DNA of 64,000 bases from Octopus sinensis. Taxonomy: Eukaryota. Where the stretch lies: the NCBI RefSeq assembly GCF_006345805.1, contig NC_042997.1, positions 38,006,001 to 38,070,000 on the forward strand. The letters run 5' to 3'. The position numbers were made by a program, and so were the translations under genes. The notes under the pieces were generated by a model. The model was not told where the DNA came from, ran no database searches, and saw only the letters and a list, made by a program, of their open reading frames with translations. Positions 37,594-50,229 of the stretch are shown one piece after another (within the stretch, counting starts at the first letter, position 1; every line of letters starts with the position of its first letter).

Positions 37594-37618
37594 ATATATA
37601 ATATATATTATATATATA

Positions 37619-37795
37619 TTTTTTCTCTCCTTGTTTCTCTCCGTGTTTCTTTTCTGTGTATCTTTCTGTCGAAGAGCGTAGGCTCGAAACGTAAAAGACT
37701 TGTTTTATTTATATTCCTGAGCGTCATACTAATGCAATTGTTTGTTTGTATTCCACCTGCCTTCGTCTTTTGTTTATTTTCATAAATCTTCCCGT

Positions 37796-37796
<1 letters not shown>
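37619..37796 (+). mobile_element. Hammerhead-bearing short repeat, copy TR3
   Basis: Direct repeat of TR2 at offset 798. Confidence 0.88.
37661..37698 (+). ncRNA. Minimal type I hammerhead-like motif (core CUGUCGA)
   Basis: Same fold as 36863-36900; GUA at 37691-37693. Confidence 0.6.
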
Positions 37797-37849
<53 letters not shown>

Positions 37850-37878
37850 GAATTATCTAACATTTTGTCACTACGTAT

Positions 37879-37912
<34 letters not shown>

Positions 37913-39975
37913 CATATCGTTGTCAGTTATATAAAATTCTGCTTTATATTTTGCTGTTTTGTGCGCGAAGGACCGGCAGGGTTGTAAGGGAAAGATATTT
38001 GAATTTCGTAAAATCCCTTTGCGCTATAATAACGAATCCTACCAAGACAACTTTGCATTTCATTCTCCCGCATAACATTTAAACCTTGGAGTCCATTTGA
38101 TCGATCTTCACTAACCCAAAATTTTGTATCGTGTTATTCTTAAGTTAGAAATCAATATGTTCTAATATTCTAGACGAATTTATGATTCATTGGTTTTCAT
38201 TGTTTGTATAATGGCACTTCTCTTTTGTTCTGGTTGCTTGTCTTTATTTCCATGCTGATAATACCCTTTAACAATTGAAATGCTCTGCTGATAGATATTT
38301 ATTTTTCCCATATGTATGAGCACTTGTGTATGCGCTTGTCTGTGTGCGAGTGCGCGTGTGCATGTGTGTGTGTGAGTGTTTCTCTATGTATACATTCACA
38401 TTGTGTGTGTATGCGTGTACGCCAATACGCATATGGTAAATGAATGATGCGTATCATCTCTTGTTACGTACTCTACTTTATAGAAAGGATATATTTAAGC
38501 CCACTTAACTCATTACTGAAACAGTGGAGACTCACGATGACATCCATTAATTTATTTTAGGCCTATGATGTCACGAATAGATATAGAAGGTTCCCCGGCC
38601 CTTATATTCTGGACCTAAAGCCAGTGATAGATGGAGGGGAGAGTTCGCGGCAGCAATTCTGAAACGGTACTCATCTCCTGATGTAGAACATTGGATTAAA
38701 ATTAAATAAATGCAATACCTAACAAAACCACGCTACCTCCAGAGTTGAACCAACAATCCCACGCTCTAAACTCTGAGTTACTAGCCTTCGCACATTTTGT
38801 TATTATAAGTATTATTTTCAAAGCTCATATAATAATGAATTTATTGCAATTATATTCATTATATTCTCAAATGAAAAGAAATTTGCTTTTGAATTTCAGA
38901 ATTTAATCAATTATATATAATTTTTTTTGATGTTTTGGGTTTTTTTTTTTAGCAATGGAGTTTCATATGAAACTTGTTCAAAATGTTCTTGCCGATAGTT
39001 TTTTTCCTATTTTATTAAGCCTACTATATTTTACATGATGTTTGTCTCCAAATCGCTCTCCGAGCTTGCTGTCTATTCCAAAACGTATATGAACTGACGA
39101 GTAGCAATATGTGTTACATATTCAGTATTCACATTTACATTGCAGTCAACTAATCAATTCATCGTTTTGGAACCAAACCTCAACTGAAATGAGAATAATA
39201 CATAAATCTATTGTTACCATATTTTCACTGAACTCGCTTGATTCAAACAGAAATTTATATTACTGAGGCACATAATGCAAACAATGCAATGTCTCCTATC
39301 AAATAAATATCTTCGTCTAGCCAAGATCTATCTATCGTCTACGCTGTTGAAATGGTTTCGTATCTAAAAGAAATGATATTAATGTAGCTTATAGACTGTT
39401 TGTCTTCGGCATGGTACTAAATGATGATATGTCTATTACAGCATTAGACATTTAATGTCCCCAACAATGAACATCAGCTTAATAGAAACTTAATGCGTTT
39501 CTTCTATTGTCATTGAACATAAGTTTCTAAATTCTGGCAGCGATATAGCGATATCTTGCGATAACAAAGTTATTTATTTTATTTTTTTTATTCATTTTGT
39601 GAATGGTATTGATATCGAAAAGAGAATATTCGATTATGGTTCATGTCGCCATTTTTTCATTTTGCTGATATTTATCGTTTTAATTATGGACTATTCAAAA
39701 CTTTCCATATATCATGCATTAATGTCACACCGCTGTAAATGAAGAAAATTTTGAAAACTTAATATTTAAAAATATAATACATTATATTTACTAAATTATA
39801 CATTATTATAACAAAACTCGATGTTATCTTTGAAATACATGTCTTTTTTATTATATGAATTATTTGAATGTAAATTATGATTTTCGCTTACATATGTGCG
39901 CGTATTCAGATACATTTTGTATTTTTATGAATATAGACTTAATTTAAAACTGACAATTATTAACATATTATAATG

Positions 39976-40027
<52 letters not shown>

Positions 40028-40619
40028 AACATTCTGATATCATGCAATATTGGTAGTATAAATGAGAGTTACTTTCGACTAATGATCGCTTATCATAATT
40101 GTTGATAATTGAAAATTCGCTGGGACAAACGGAAGAAGGCGCCTAAACACATGATTAACACTCACTAGTTTTGAGCAGAACATGATGCGATATCATATCT
40201 TGCAAAGATAAGCTTTCCATTTGTCCTATTTACTCCAAATAAAGTTTAGATATTTTAGTCTGGTGAATTTATTGAAGAAATATTTAGCTTGAAGAATTGC
40301 ATTGTGTGAATACCTGAGTTACCTACCAAGGCTTTGCATCAATGGTGAATTTTTAATTTTTCTTCATCACTTAGTAATGTACCATGCCGTGATTGAAGTT
40401 TTTCTTTTGGTGGGTGAAAGCTAACTAGTATCTAGCAGTTAAATAACGACTCTCAAGCAAAAACGAGGACGTACTTTGATATTATTAAGGATTTATTTGA
40501 TAACATATATTTACCAAATTTTAATCTCTGTTTACAAGGAAATGAGCTGATACGACATTTGTTGCTCTTAAAACGTTGGATCACCAGTTGAAGTGTTTAA
40601 CAAACGGTCAAAATTATGA

Positions 40620-41150
40620 TATTCCGAGAACCGATTTAGATTCAAACCACGTGTTGGCGGATTCATGAGATATCACTGAGGATATCATTCAAACTACAGA
40701 TTCTAGCAGCAAAGAGTGATGGATTGGTAGCACAGTTTCATCTAGAGAACATGAGCCGTATCCTTTGTGGGAAATAAAACACAGATTTCAGGAGTACACT
40801 CATCTAAGAGGAAAAACACAACGTCAGCCTCTAGATATTGCCTGCAGGGTGCTTCTGAAATATCACTTGAAATCTAAGTCAATACAACTCACTGTTGACA
40901 CTCTAGGAGCGATGCATATCACACAACGATCAGAGTCTGTTAGGCAGTTATTGATGCTGAGCTGCAGAGAAATTCTCAAATCGACTAATAAGCGTACATC
41001 TGTGAGTGTTGTAACTACTTAAAACTGGCGGACCTGACAAATAAATTGAAAATCCTACACTGAAGAGCAAACTAGTTGCTCGAGTAGTCAAATGCAAATT
41101 AGTGTACTTCGCTAAAAGATGTGCCTCTGTTACAGAAGCCGTTAAAATCC
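40620..41150 (+). mobile_element. Possible very old RTE-type RT relic
   Basis: Only faint motifs: LWEIKHRF (LW.IL..F-like, 40765) and YFAKRCASVT (LFADDCALVA-like, ~41105), in the right order. Confidence 0.3.
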
Positions 41151-42214
41151 ATTTTCGATTCTTTCACGTTGTTTGTTACATACGAAAACTGTCAGAGAGT
41201 TCTTTCGTGTGACTTTATCATTTAATCAAGTGGGATAAACTACTGCTTCCATATGCTAACGAAGCCTTGTTTGCAACGAAAAAGTGATGGAGAACTACAA
41301 CTCGGGTACAAAACAATACACTGAAAACGTGATGCACATTGTGTACGTAGGATGCAATGTACGCAATGCACAAGTCAGCTTAAATAAAATAATGTTCATC
41401 AGGTGACAAATATCGATGTTTGTAACATACAGTAGATAACGACCTCAAGATTGTTTGAAAAAGACGGAGGATATTGATAATTGTTAACTGAAACTTTACT
41501 AAAAGTGCGTTGTAATATAGAAATACACATATGTGCTTATGTATGGTACTATTTATATATGTATATTACAAGTTGGTACCAATCTTCAGCCAATTTTGCT
41601 ATTTTCCACTCGTTCTAGTGGAATTCTTCATTTACTTGTTGGTTCCAGCTAATACATCGCCTCCTTTCGCTGTCTTACTTTAGTACCTTTTTCTGTTTAG
41701 TACTATTCTCAGCTTTCCTCTACAGAAGGGGGTATTCAGTTCTATATATTACACATCTTTTTTCTTTTTTAAGAAAACCTAACAAACATTGACAAAAGAC
41801 TTCTCGTGACCTGTTTTATCTATATGATACGACAAAGTGTTCTTCCATCCACTATCTCTCATTTGATTTGCACGTGTTTTCATGAAGAACAAAACATCTT
41901 TCATCTTTGTGTATATTCTAATAATTTCTAAAGCAATTTTTATAATTATTTAAAACATTGATGTACATTGTTGTAATAGGAATTTCTTATCATTCTAATA
42001 TTTGCTCTTTCGATTGCTCATTGCTTCGTGTAGCACGCTATTTCGTTTTTTATATTCTTTCATGTGTTCTCTTGTGCATAATTTATGACACTAGTAAATG
42101 AAAACAGGAAGGGCAGATATATATGAGGGTGCGTGTCAGATTGTGTTTATACTTACACACACACACACACACACGCACTCACACACACATACATATATAT
42201 ATATATGTATATAT

Positions 42215-42540
<326 letters not shown>

Positions 42541-43381
42541 ACTTAGCTGTGAAGTAATCGTTCATTTACTTTCACATTTGCATGCAGTTGCCACACTACA
42601 AGACTGTGCAATGTGGAAGATAATGTGTATCTAGGAAAATTAAGGCAAAAATATTTGCGACCGCGACCTTAATATAAGTCCTTGTGAAAGATGATCCTAT
42701 GTTATAGTGGAGCGCAAAACTGCCACACCTTAATGTACTACTTAAGAGGAAAATTGAGCTGCTTTCCTACCAGCTGGGTCTAAACCAATTAAACAATCAA
42801 TCACGCATCTGAGCTGTTTCTATACTGTTCCCGTTAATTTATTTTGGACAGATTTTTTTTGTATATTTTGTATTTTTTTTATTCTTATTTCTATTAATTT
42901 ATTCCTGGCATTTTTTCATTATTTGTATCTCTATTTAGTTCTGTGTTGCTCTTTGTCGACAAGAAGCTAAAACAAAATCCAATTTCTCCCTAATTGTATA
43001 CTTCAGTGTAAGAACTAACATCATTATAAAATGCACGTATAAATTTTATATTCCGTTAATGTTTGAGATCACTCTCTGTAAAAAACCTGTAGATTTTCCT
43101 CTCTAGGTGTCCAGTCTTCTGCCATGCTTTTGCTGTCAATTTCGGTGGATGAGCATTTTATTTATCTTCCACATGCCTTCTCTTGTTTTAATACAAAACT
43201 GCCACATTTGACTTCATCATTATCCTCTTCTTATCATTTGCCAGCGTAACAGAATTTTGTAAAATTTTTTAAAATATTTCTGTGTGAGTGTGTGTATAGG
43301 TGTTTGTGAGTTTGAGATGATTGCCATTCAAGGATCAAATCTGGCAATATTCTCCACACCTGTCTCAGATAACTCTATTCT

Positions 43382-43783
43382 CTATTACTCTATTACTTGT
43401 TTCAGTCATTTGACTGCGGCCATGCTGGAGCACCGCCTTTAGTCGAGCAAATCGACCCCGGGACTTATTCTTTGTAAGCCCAGTACTTATTCTATCGGTC
43501 TCTTTTGCCGAACCGCTAAGTGACGGGGACGTAAACACACCAGCATCGGTTGTCAAGCAATGCTAGGGGGACAAACACAGACACACAAACACACACACAC
43601 ATATATATATACATATATACGACAGGCTTCTTTCAGTTTCCGTCTACCAAATCCACTCACAAGGCTTTGGTCGGCCCGGGGCTATAGCAGAAGACACTTG
43701 CCCAAGATGCCACGCAGTGGGACTGAACCCGGAACCATGTGGTTTTTTAGCAAGCTACTTACCACACAGCCACTCCTACGCCT
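43382..43783 (-). mobile_element. Full-length SINE family A
   Basis: Complete head, short internal microsatellite and tail. Confidence 0.95.
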
Positions 43784-44919
43784 ATATAAGTTACACTTCA
43801 TTTCATGGCACACGTATGTTATCAAACACTTATATAATATTTCCAGAAGTCTCAAGGTGTCGGTGTATTCTTTCTTCTCATTTGATTTATGAATTGCCTC
43901 AGACTTCTCAGATCTAATTTGATCCACTTTTTGGTACAAAGACATAGTGTCCTCGTGGGTATCTTCCACTCTCATATCATTAGAATAATCATCCACAAAA
44001 AGTGAAAAAAAAAACGAATAGCAATCATAAAAATGTTTCATGATCATCCAAGTCTTCTCATTTGAATGACAAATGAATTTAATGGTTTATGACAGATCAA
44101 ACTTTTTAAGATCTTTGAATTATCTGAGATTTCAGGAGTGGCTCCTAATAAGCGTTATAAGTTCATATTTATTGGAATAGCAGGATTTTATCCCGTAATT
44201 TAGGAAACTTACATGCTGCTGCGACATGCTGAGAAATTCCAGGAGTCTTGTAAATTGGACATTTGTCCTTGGATGTAACTTCATTCAATATCAATTTTTT
44301 TCAGGAACCGCATCTAATTAGTGCCAGTCTTTATATCAGTAGCAGCGGTTTCACCAGCTACTTACATTAGATCCATACTAAATGTTCCTAGAAACGATGT
44401 TTAATCACAGGTTTTATCTTCCATATCATCATACAAAATGAATGCGCCAAAAAGCCAGGGAACTTGTTGACTGTGGCGAGATTCGAAACAAGTCTTATAG
44501 TAATATTAGATTCTTCTATAGATTGTAAAAAATAGCCCAGTTAAAATTGTTAAAATTTAAGAAGTTACAATTGTTGAAATGCACCGTCTTCTATAATCGC
44601 AAGATATACCGAAAATATGGCCCCATATTACAAATTTGTATAAAACAGGAAGTCTGTAAGCAATGTTTCGATATCGTAGATTATGCCTGTATTGTGTAAA
44701 TTATATTCCCTTGCAGAATAAACACAAAATCTCAAAGGACTCAACCTAGCTATGATCCCCTTCACAAATGAGTAACGACTGACACCGCTCCGCAAATTAG
44801 ATGAATGTATGCGAATATTCGGAATTTTATAAGTCGTCGTTTCTTCTTTAGTCAGTCAATTAGTTGTTTGACAAAGCGCCGGTAACTATAAATGGTGACA
44901 GCTTCAAGCAATGTAAATT

Positions 44920-45134
44920 CTTTTCTACTCTAGCCACAAGGCGCGGAACTTTTAAGGTGGTGGGGGGCAGTCGATTTGATCGAGACCAGTGCGCAACTGG
45001 TACTTAATTTATCGTCTCCGAAAGGATGAAAGGCAGAGTCGACATCGGCGGAATTTGAACTCAGAAAGTAAAGACTGACGAAATATTGCTACGCATTTTG
45101 CCCAGCGTGCTCGCGTTTCTGCCAGTTCACCGCC
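44920..45134 (-). mobile_element. SINE family C with 18-bp target-site duplication
   Basis: TSD cttcaagcaatgtaaatt at 44902-44919 and 45135-45152. Confidence 0.92.
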
Positions 45135-45206
45135 CTTCAAGCAATGTAAATTAAAATACAGCCTGCCATCTTCTTTTCCTCTCATTCGTTAATACATACA
45201 TGCATT

Positions 45207-45268
<62 letters not shown>

Positions 45269-45606
45269 TAGATATATGCATGTGTGTGCTTGTGTATTTT
45301 ATCTTCTTATATAATCCTTTGTAAGTGTGTGCGGCTGCGTGTGTATGTACGCATTCGTACGTGTCCAAGGAGATTTTTAATTCCTATAAATCTAGAATGA
45401 GTATATGCTTTTGTCTGCAGGAGCGGGTAGTAGTTTAGGTGATAGAAACTAATATCCACTCATCATCGGTAAAATGATCCTCAAATTGTTGGTCAACGAT
45501 AAACGTTATCCACTTTAAAAAATTACGTTTTTTCGAATTTCTTCCATTTTCCTGCATCCACACTCAACAATCCCTCGGAATATGTGTGTGTGTGTGTATG
45601 TATGTG

Positions 45607-45644
<38 letters not shown>

Positions 45645-46595
45645 GTGTTTCTGTGTGCGCTTCTGCGTGTGTCTGTGCGTACGTTTGTGTGTGTCTATGT
45701 GTATTTAGCAAACATACACTGAAAATACTTACTATCAGTGAACAAGAGGAGCTAGATTCAAAATAGAATTTATGTAAGCAATTCACCAATAAAACTTCGG
45801 ACTTTTACTTACAGTAATCTCATCACACAGTGTGAGACTCATAAGGCAGCAGTTTTCTTCCAGCATAGATACTTTGTTGCATTCTTGTTCCAATTCTTGT
45901 ACTAATGAGTTTTGATGTTTCTCTGAATGCCCAGTCGACGTCACTGTTGGCATCGCATGCCAAATGACAAGTAAACATCACCAGCCATATCAAAGCTGAT
46001 GCAGCACCACAATGTTTACTAGTGGTTGTTGCATTTGCTATGGAGCGGAATTTCCTTATTTTTAATTCTGTTTTACTATGTGGCTTTCGGGCTTTCGTAA
46101 ACATCGTTTGTGAATCGCATCAAGCTTCTTGGCCACCTTCGATGATATTCTTTTTGTCTCACCATCATACGAAACGTTGACAGAAATGCTGTGTTATAGG
46201 AACAGACATTGATGTTAGTACCGACATCTATATAATTGATCAAATGTGGGTGATACGCTGATTGAAATTCCAGTCAGAGCGCGTGTGTGTGTGTTTGTGT
46301 ACAAATTAATTTGGAAGAAAGTATAAAAATTGTTATAATATTTGCTGGAAAACTGATGAAGTGTTAATCTTGTCTTCTTTCGTTTGTGCAAGTGTTTTCA
46401 TTCTTTTCTCATTTTTGCCTATATACATAGGCATATTCATACCTGTATACATACATACATACATACATACACATATATATATATATTTGTATGTATGTAT
46501 GTATGTATGTATAGATACATACTTACATACATAGGTATACATATATATATATATATATATACCTGTACACAGACGCACACACGCGCACACATATA

Positions 46596-46633
<38 letters not shown>

Positions 46634-46864
46634 GGACTTTGTAAGAGATATAATCAAACACACGTATTTGTATATCTGTATTTTCTGTAAGTATATACAT
46701 TGGATAACAACTATATTTTCTCAATTCTATGCAAAGCAAACAGGCTCACAAAAAATACCATCATACGATATAAGTTCAAGTATATATATTATCTATAGCT
46801 TCAATATATTTGTTAACATATCTCCTTATCTGCCTATGTATTCATTCCCTTCTCACATTTGCTT

Positions 46865-46962
46865 TCTCTTTCTCTTTCTCTCTCTCTCTCTGTCTCTCTC
46901 TCTCTCTCTTTCTCACTCTCTGTCTGTCTCTCTTTCTCTCCGCTCCCCCTCTCTCTCTCTCG
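46865..46962. repeat. (CT)n microsatellite
   Basis: Direct reading. Confidence 0.95.
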
Positions 46963-47850
46963 CTGTTTATAAAATGTTTCCTAACCGCTTGTTCTCTAAC
47001 TTTATAAAAAGATTATGAACTTTGAAGAACGGTATATTTTCGACTTTTATAAAAATGCAAAAGAAACCTGCTAAGTCGTTTCCAAGAGATGGGTAACGCA
47101 AATTAATTTCAAGATTCCACTAATGTTATAGCGTACGTCAGAAAATTTACTTTTACGCACTTAGATGCAATCTTAGAATTTGTTATACGTTATTCCAGTA
47201 CATTATTGATGATGAGAGGTTTGGATAATGCTTGCTGTCTGTACCGTTTAAATAAAGATTAAATCATATGAAGCTGCAAAGTAATAGGTAGCATGCTTCA
47301 CTGAAACTTGCCAGGAATTGTGTTAAGGGTAAACATAAATGATTTCCAACTTATTGATTAGAAGAGTGAACTTTTTTTTCAAATTCACTTCAAACCTAAT
47401 GAATTGAAAATGTTCATACTGCATACTATTCCTGAGTAGTTGGCAATGTGGAACATTATAAGATGAATAAAATCACAGCTGAAATGCATCAGATAAAGCG
47501 CATATATCACACATATACCTGTCAGATATCACACATACTTTATATGGCGCAGGGATGGAATATTAATACGCACCTAATTTAGCGCCATACAGAAGGATGA
47601 ATTGGTGTTTAAATTGAGTCATCTCTGACCAGATGAGTAACACTTTATCTATCAGATAATTACATTCAAGGATATGTTATCCGTATTGCCGTTATTGCAA
47701 GATTTTGTGATTTGTTTTACTGTAATAGTTTTGTGATATCCTACTTCTCCCGAGGGTTTGCATAAAGACGAATTTTAATTGAATTAAGTTCTGGATCTTA
47801 ATTACAACATATATATATGAACAGAATGTTGAGATAAATATTATTAATCG

Positions 47851-47885
<35 letters not shown>

Positions 47886-47892
<7 letters not shown>

Positions 47893-48050
47893 TAGAGACA
47901 AAACCACTATTTGGCAAAACAAACAAAGGAAAGACTTAAATCAAACATAAAATTTTAATAAAAAGTCAAAAAATTTTATTAAAATTTATGTTTTGATTAA
48001 GTCTTTCCTGTTTGTTTTGCAAAATAGGGGTTTTGTCCTCTAATAATATT
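47886..48050. repeat. Fold-back inverted repeat (~80-bp arms) of the attagagacaaaaccactat element
   Basis: Arms 47886-47964 and 47973-48050; embedded in TA tracts. Confidence 0.85.
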
Positions 48051-48185
48051 ATTAATATTTTACTTAAAATTGGATTTAATCCTAAATCTTTTTTTTTCCC
48101 TGTAAATTTGGATTTATTCCCTAATATTTATTATTAATATATTTATTATATATATATATATGCATATGATATGTAAAATATAATG

Positions 48186-48216
<31 letters not shown>

Positions 48217-48241
48217 GATATATATATATATATATATATAA

Positions 48242-48284
<43 letters not shown>

Positions 48285-48360
48285 CATATGTATATGTATA
48301 TATATGTATATATATTATATATATATAGTATAATATTTGTTATATATATATATATATATA

Positions 48361-48562
48361 TTATTCTTTTCTTCGTGTCAGTCATTTGACTCTGGTTATA
48401 CTGGAACTCAGCCCTTAGTCGAACACATTGACCACAAGACTTATTCTTTGTAAGCCTAGTACTTATTCTATCAGTATATTGTGCCGAACCGCTAAGTTGC
48501 GGAGACTTAACACACCAAAATCGGTTTCAAGCGATGATGTGGGGACAACACAATCACACAAA
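48361..48562 (-). mobile_element. Degenerate SINE family A 3' half
   Basis: tcagtcatttgact...cttattctttgtaagcctagtacttattctatc...gccgaaccgctaag. Confidence 0.8.
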
Positions 48563-48585
48563 TTATATATATATATATAATATAT

Positions 48586-48616
<31 letters not shown>

Positions 48617-48622
48617 TATATA

Positions 48623-49325
48623 AAGAATTAAAATCAAAACGAGGGTGACAAATTGTATATTAATTTAATAATATCAGTTTAACACCAATGGTTTAGCGCA
48701 TAAAAAACTGAGATTCGGTAAATATTATCAATGCATATATGAGAGGGAATCCACTAAAAGTGAACTCCCTTACGCTAGCCACTAAAGGTTGTTCTCAAGA
48801 AAACATTTAGCACACCATGAACGTAAGCGGCCAGGACAAATGAAAAATAACAAAAATATAGATTAACCCCATACAATTGTTTCACTGTTAATAAATTATG
48901 CAATTTTACTTACACAATTAATTTGCAGATCGTCAGTTGAGTCTGTCAAGAATATAATTTGTCGAACTGCACGCCATATATTAACATGAGGCCAAAAATG
49001 CGAGCAGTACGGCCTATTACATTCATAGTTATGTTCAAATGCCCTCGTCCAAGCGCGCCAAATTTCCGGAAATAAATACCGCATAAACAATTCACTGCAG
49101 TAGTTAACGTCGGTTTGAGGACAATATTAATTAAGAATTAAAATGAAAAGGAGGGTGAAAAAATGTATATTAATTTAATAATATCAGTTTAACACCAATG
49201 GTTTAGCGCATAAAAAACTGAAATTCAGTAAATCTTATTAGTACATATATTTTTTTTCTTAAGAACAACCTTTAGTGGCTAGCGTAAAGGAGTTCACTTT
49301 TAGTGGATTGCCTCTCATATATGTA
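48623..49325. mobile_element. (TA)n-embedded element with direct + inverted internal repeats (A-B-C-A-B reversed)
   Basis: A at 48623-48735 and 49133-49248; B at 48735-48803, inverted at 49254-49322. Confidence 0.7.
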
Positions 49326-49649
49326 TTAATATATATATATATATACGACCGGCTTCTTCCAGTTTCTGTCGACCAAATCAACTCACAAGCTTTTGGTCGG
49401 CCCGATCCTATAGTAGAAGCCACTCGCCCAAGGGGAAACAGAACGGATATCTGTATCTCTGGAGTAGCGATTGCCAGACAAGAATATGTCACTTTTCAAA
49501 TTGTCATTCGGATAGTGACATCTGTGAACTTTAAACTGAATGGTTAGGTTATCAGAAACAATAGTTAACTTACTTTTAGCATATTTAATCCAAAGGGGCA
49601 TTTCAAATCTCTAGAAGTTATAAAACAGTGAAATGAATATACTATTTTT

Positions 49650-49833
49650 GATACAAGGCTGGTAATTTTGAGGGAAGAGGGAATTTCTATTACATCGACC
49701 ACAGTACAACTTATTTTACTGACGCCGACGAAATGGCAGGACTTTGGTGTAATTTGAACTCAAGACGTAAAAAGACGTAAGACATGCTGCTAATCATTTT
49801 TATCTGATGCCTTAATTTAATCTACCAGCTTGT
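49650..49833 (-). mobile_element. Degenerate SINE family C
   Basis: acaaggc..g.aattttgaggg...ttacatcgacc.cagt...aatttgaactcaagacgt. Confidence 0.6.
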
Positions 49834-49847
49834 CATAAGGGTCATAT

Positions 49848-50229
49848 GGAGGCGCAATGGCCCAGTGGTTAGGGCAGCGAACTCGCGGTCGGAGGATCGC
49901 GGTTTCGATTCCTAGACCGGGCATTGTGAGTGTTTATTGAGCGAAAATACCTAAAGCTTCACGAAGCTCCGGCAGGGGGTGGTGGTGAACCCTGCTGTAC
50001 TCTTTCGCCACAACTTTCTCTCGCTCTTTCTTCCTGTTTCTCTTGTACCTGTATTTCAAAGGTCCAGTCTTGTCACACTCTGTGTCACGCTGAATCTCCT
50101 CAAGAAATACATTAAGGGTACACGTGTCTGTGGAGTGCTCAGTCACTTGCACGTTAATTTCACGAGCAAGCTGTTCCGTTGATCGTATCAACTGGGACCC
50201 TCATCGTCGCAACCGACGGAGTGCTCCTA
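49848..50229 (+). mobile_element. Full-length SINE family B with 14-bp TSD
   Basis: A/B boxes; tail ..ccctcatcgtcgcaaccgacggagtgc; TSD cataagggtcatat at 49834-49847 and 50230-50243. Confidence 0.95.

Noticed and set aside
45820-46190. Second mariner relic on the minus strand (YDGETKR-like)
   Set aside because: Only one short motif; downstream catalytic motifs could not be recovered by eye.
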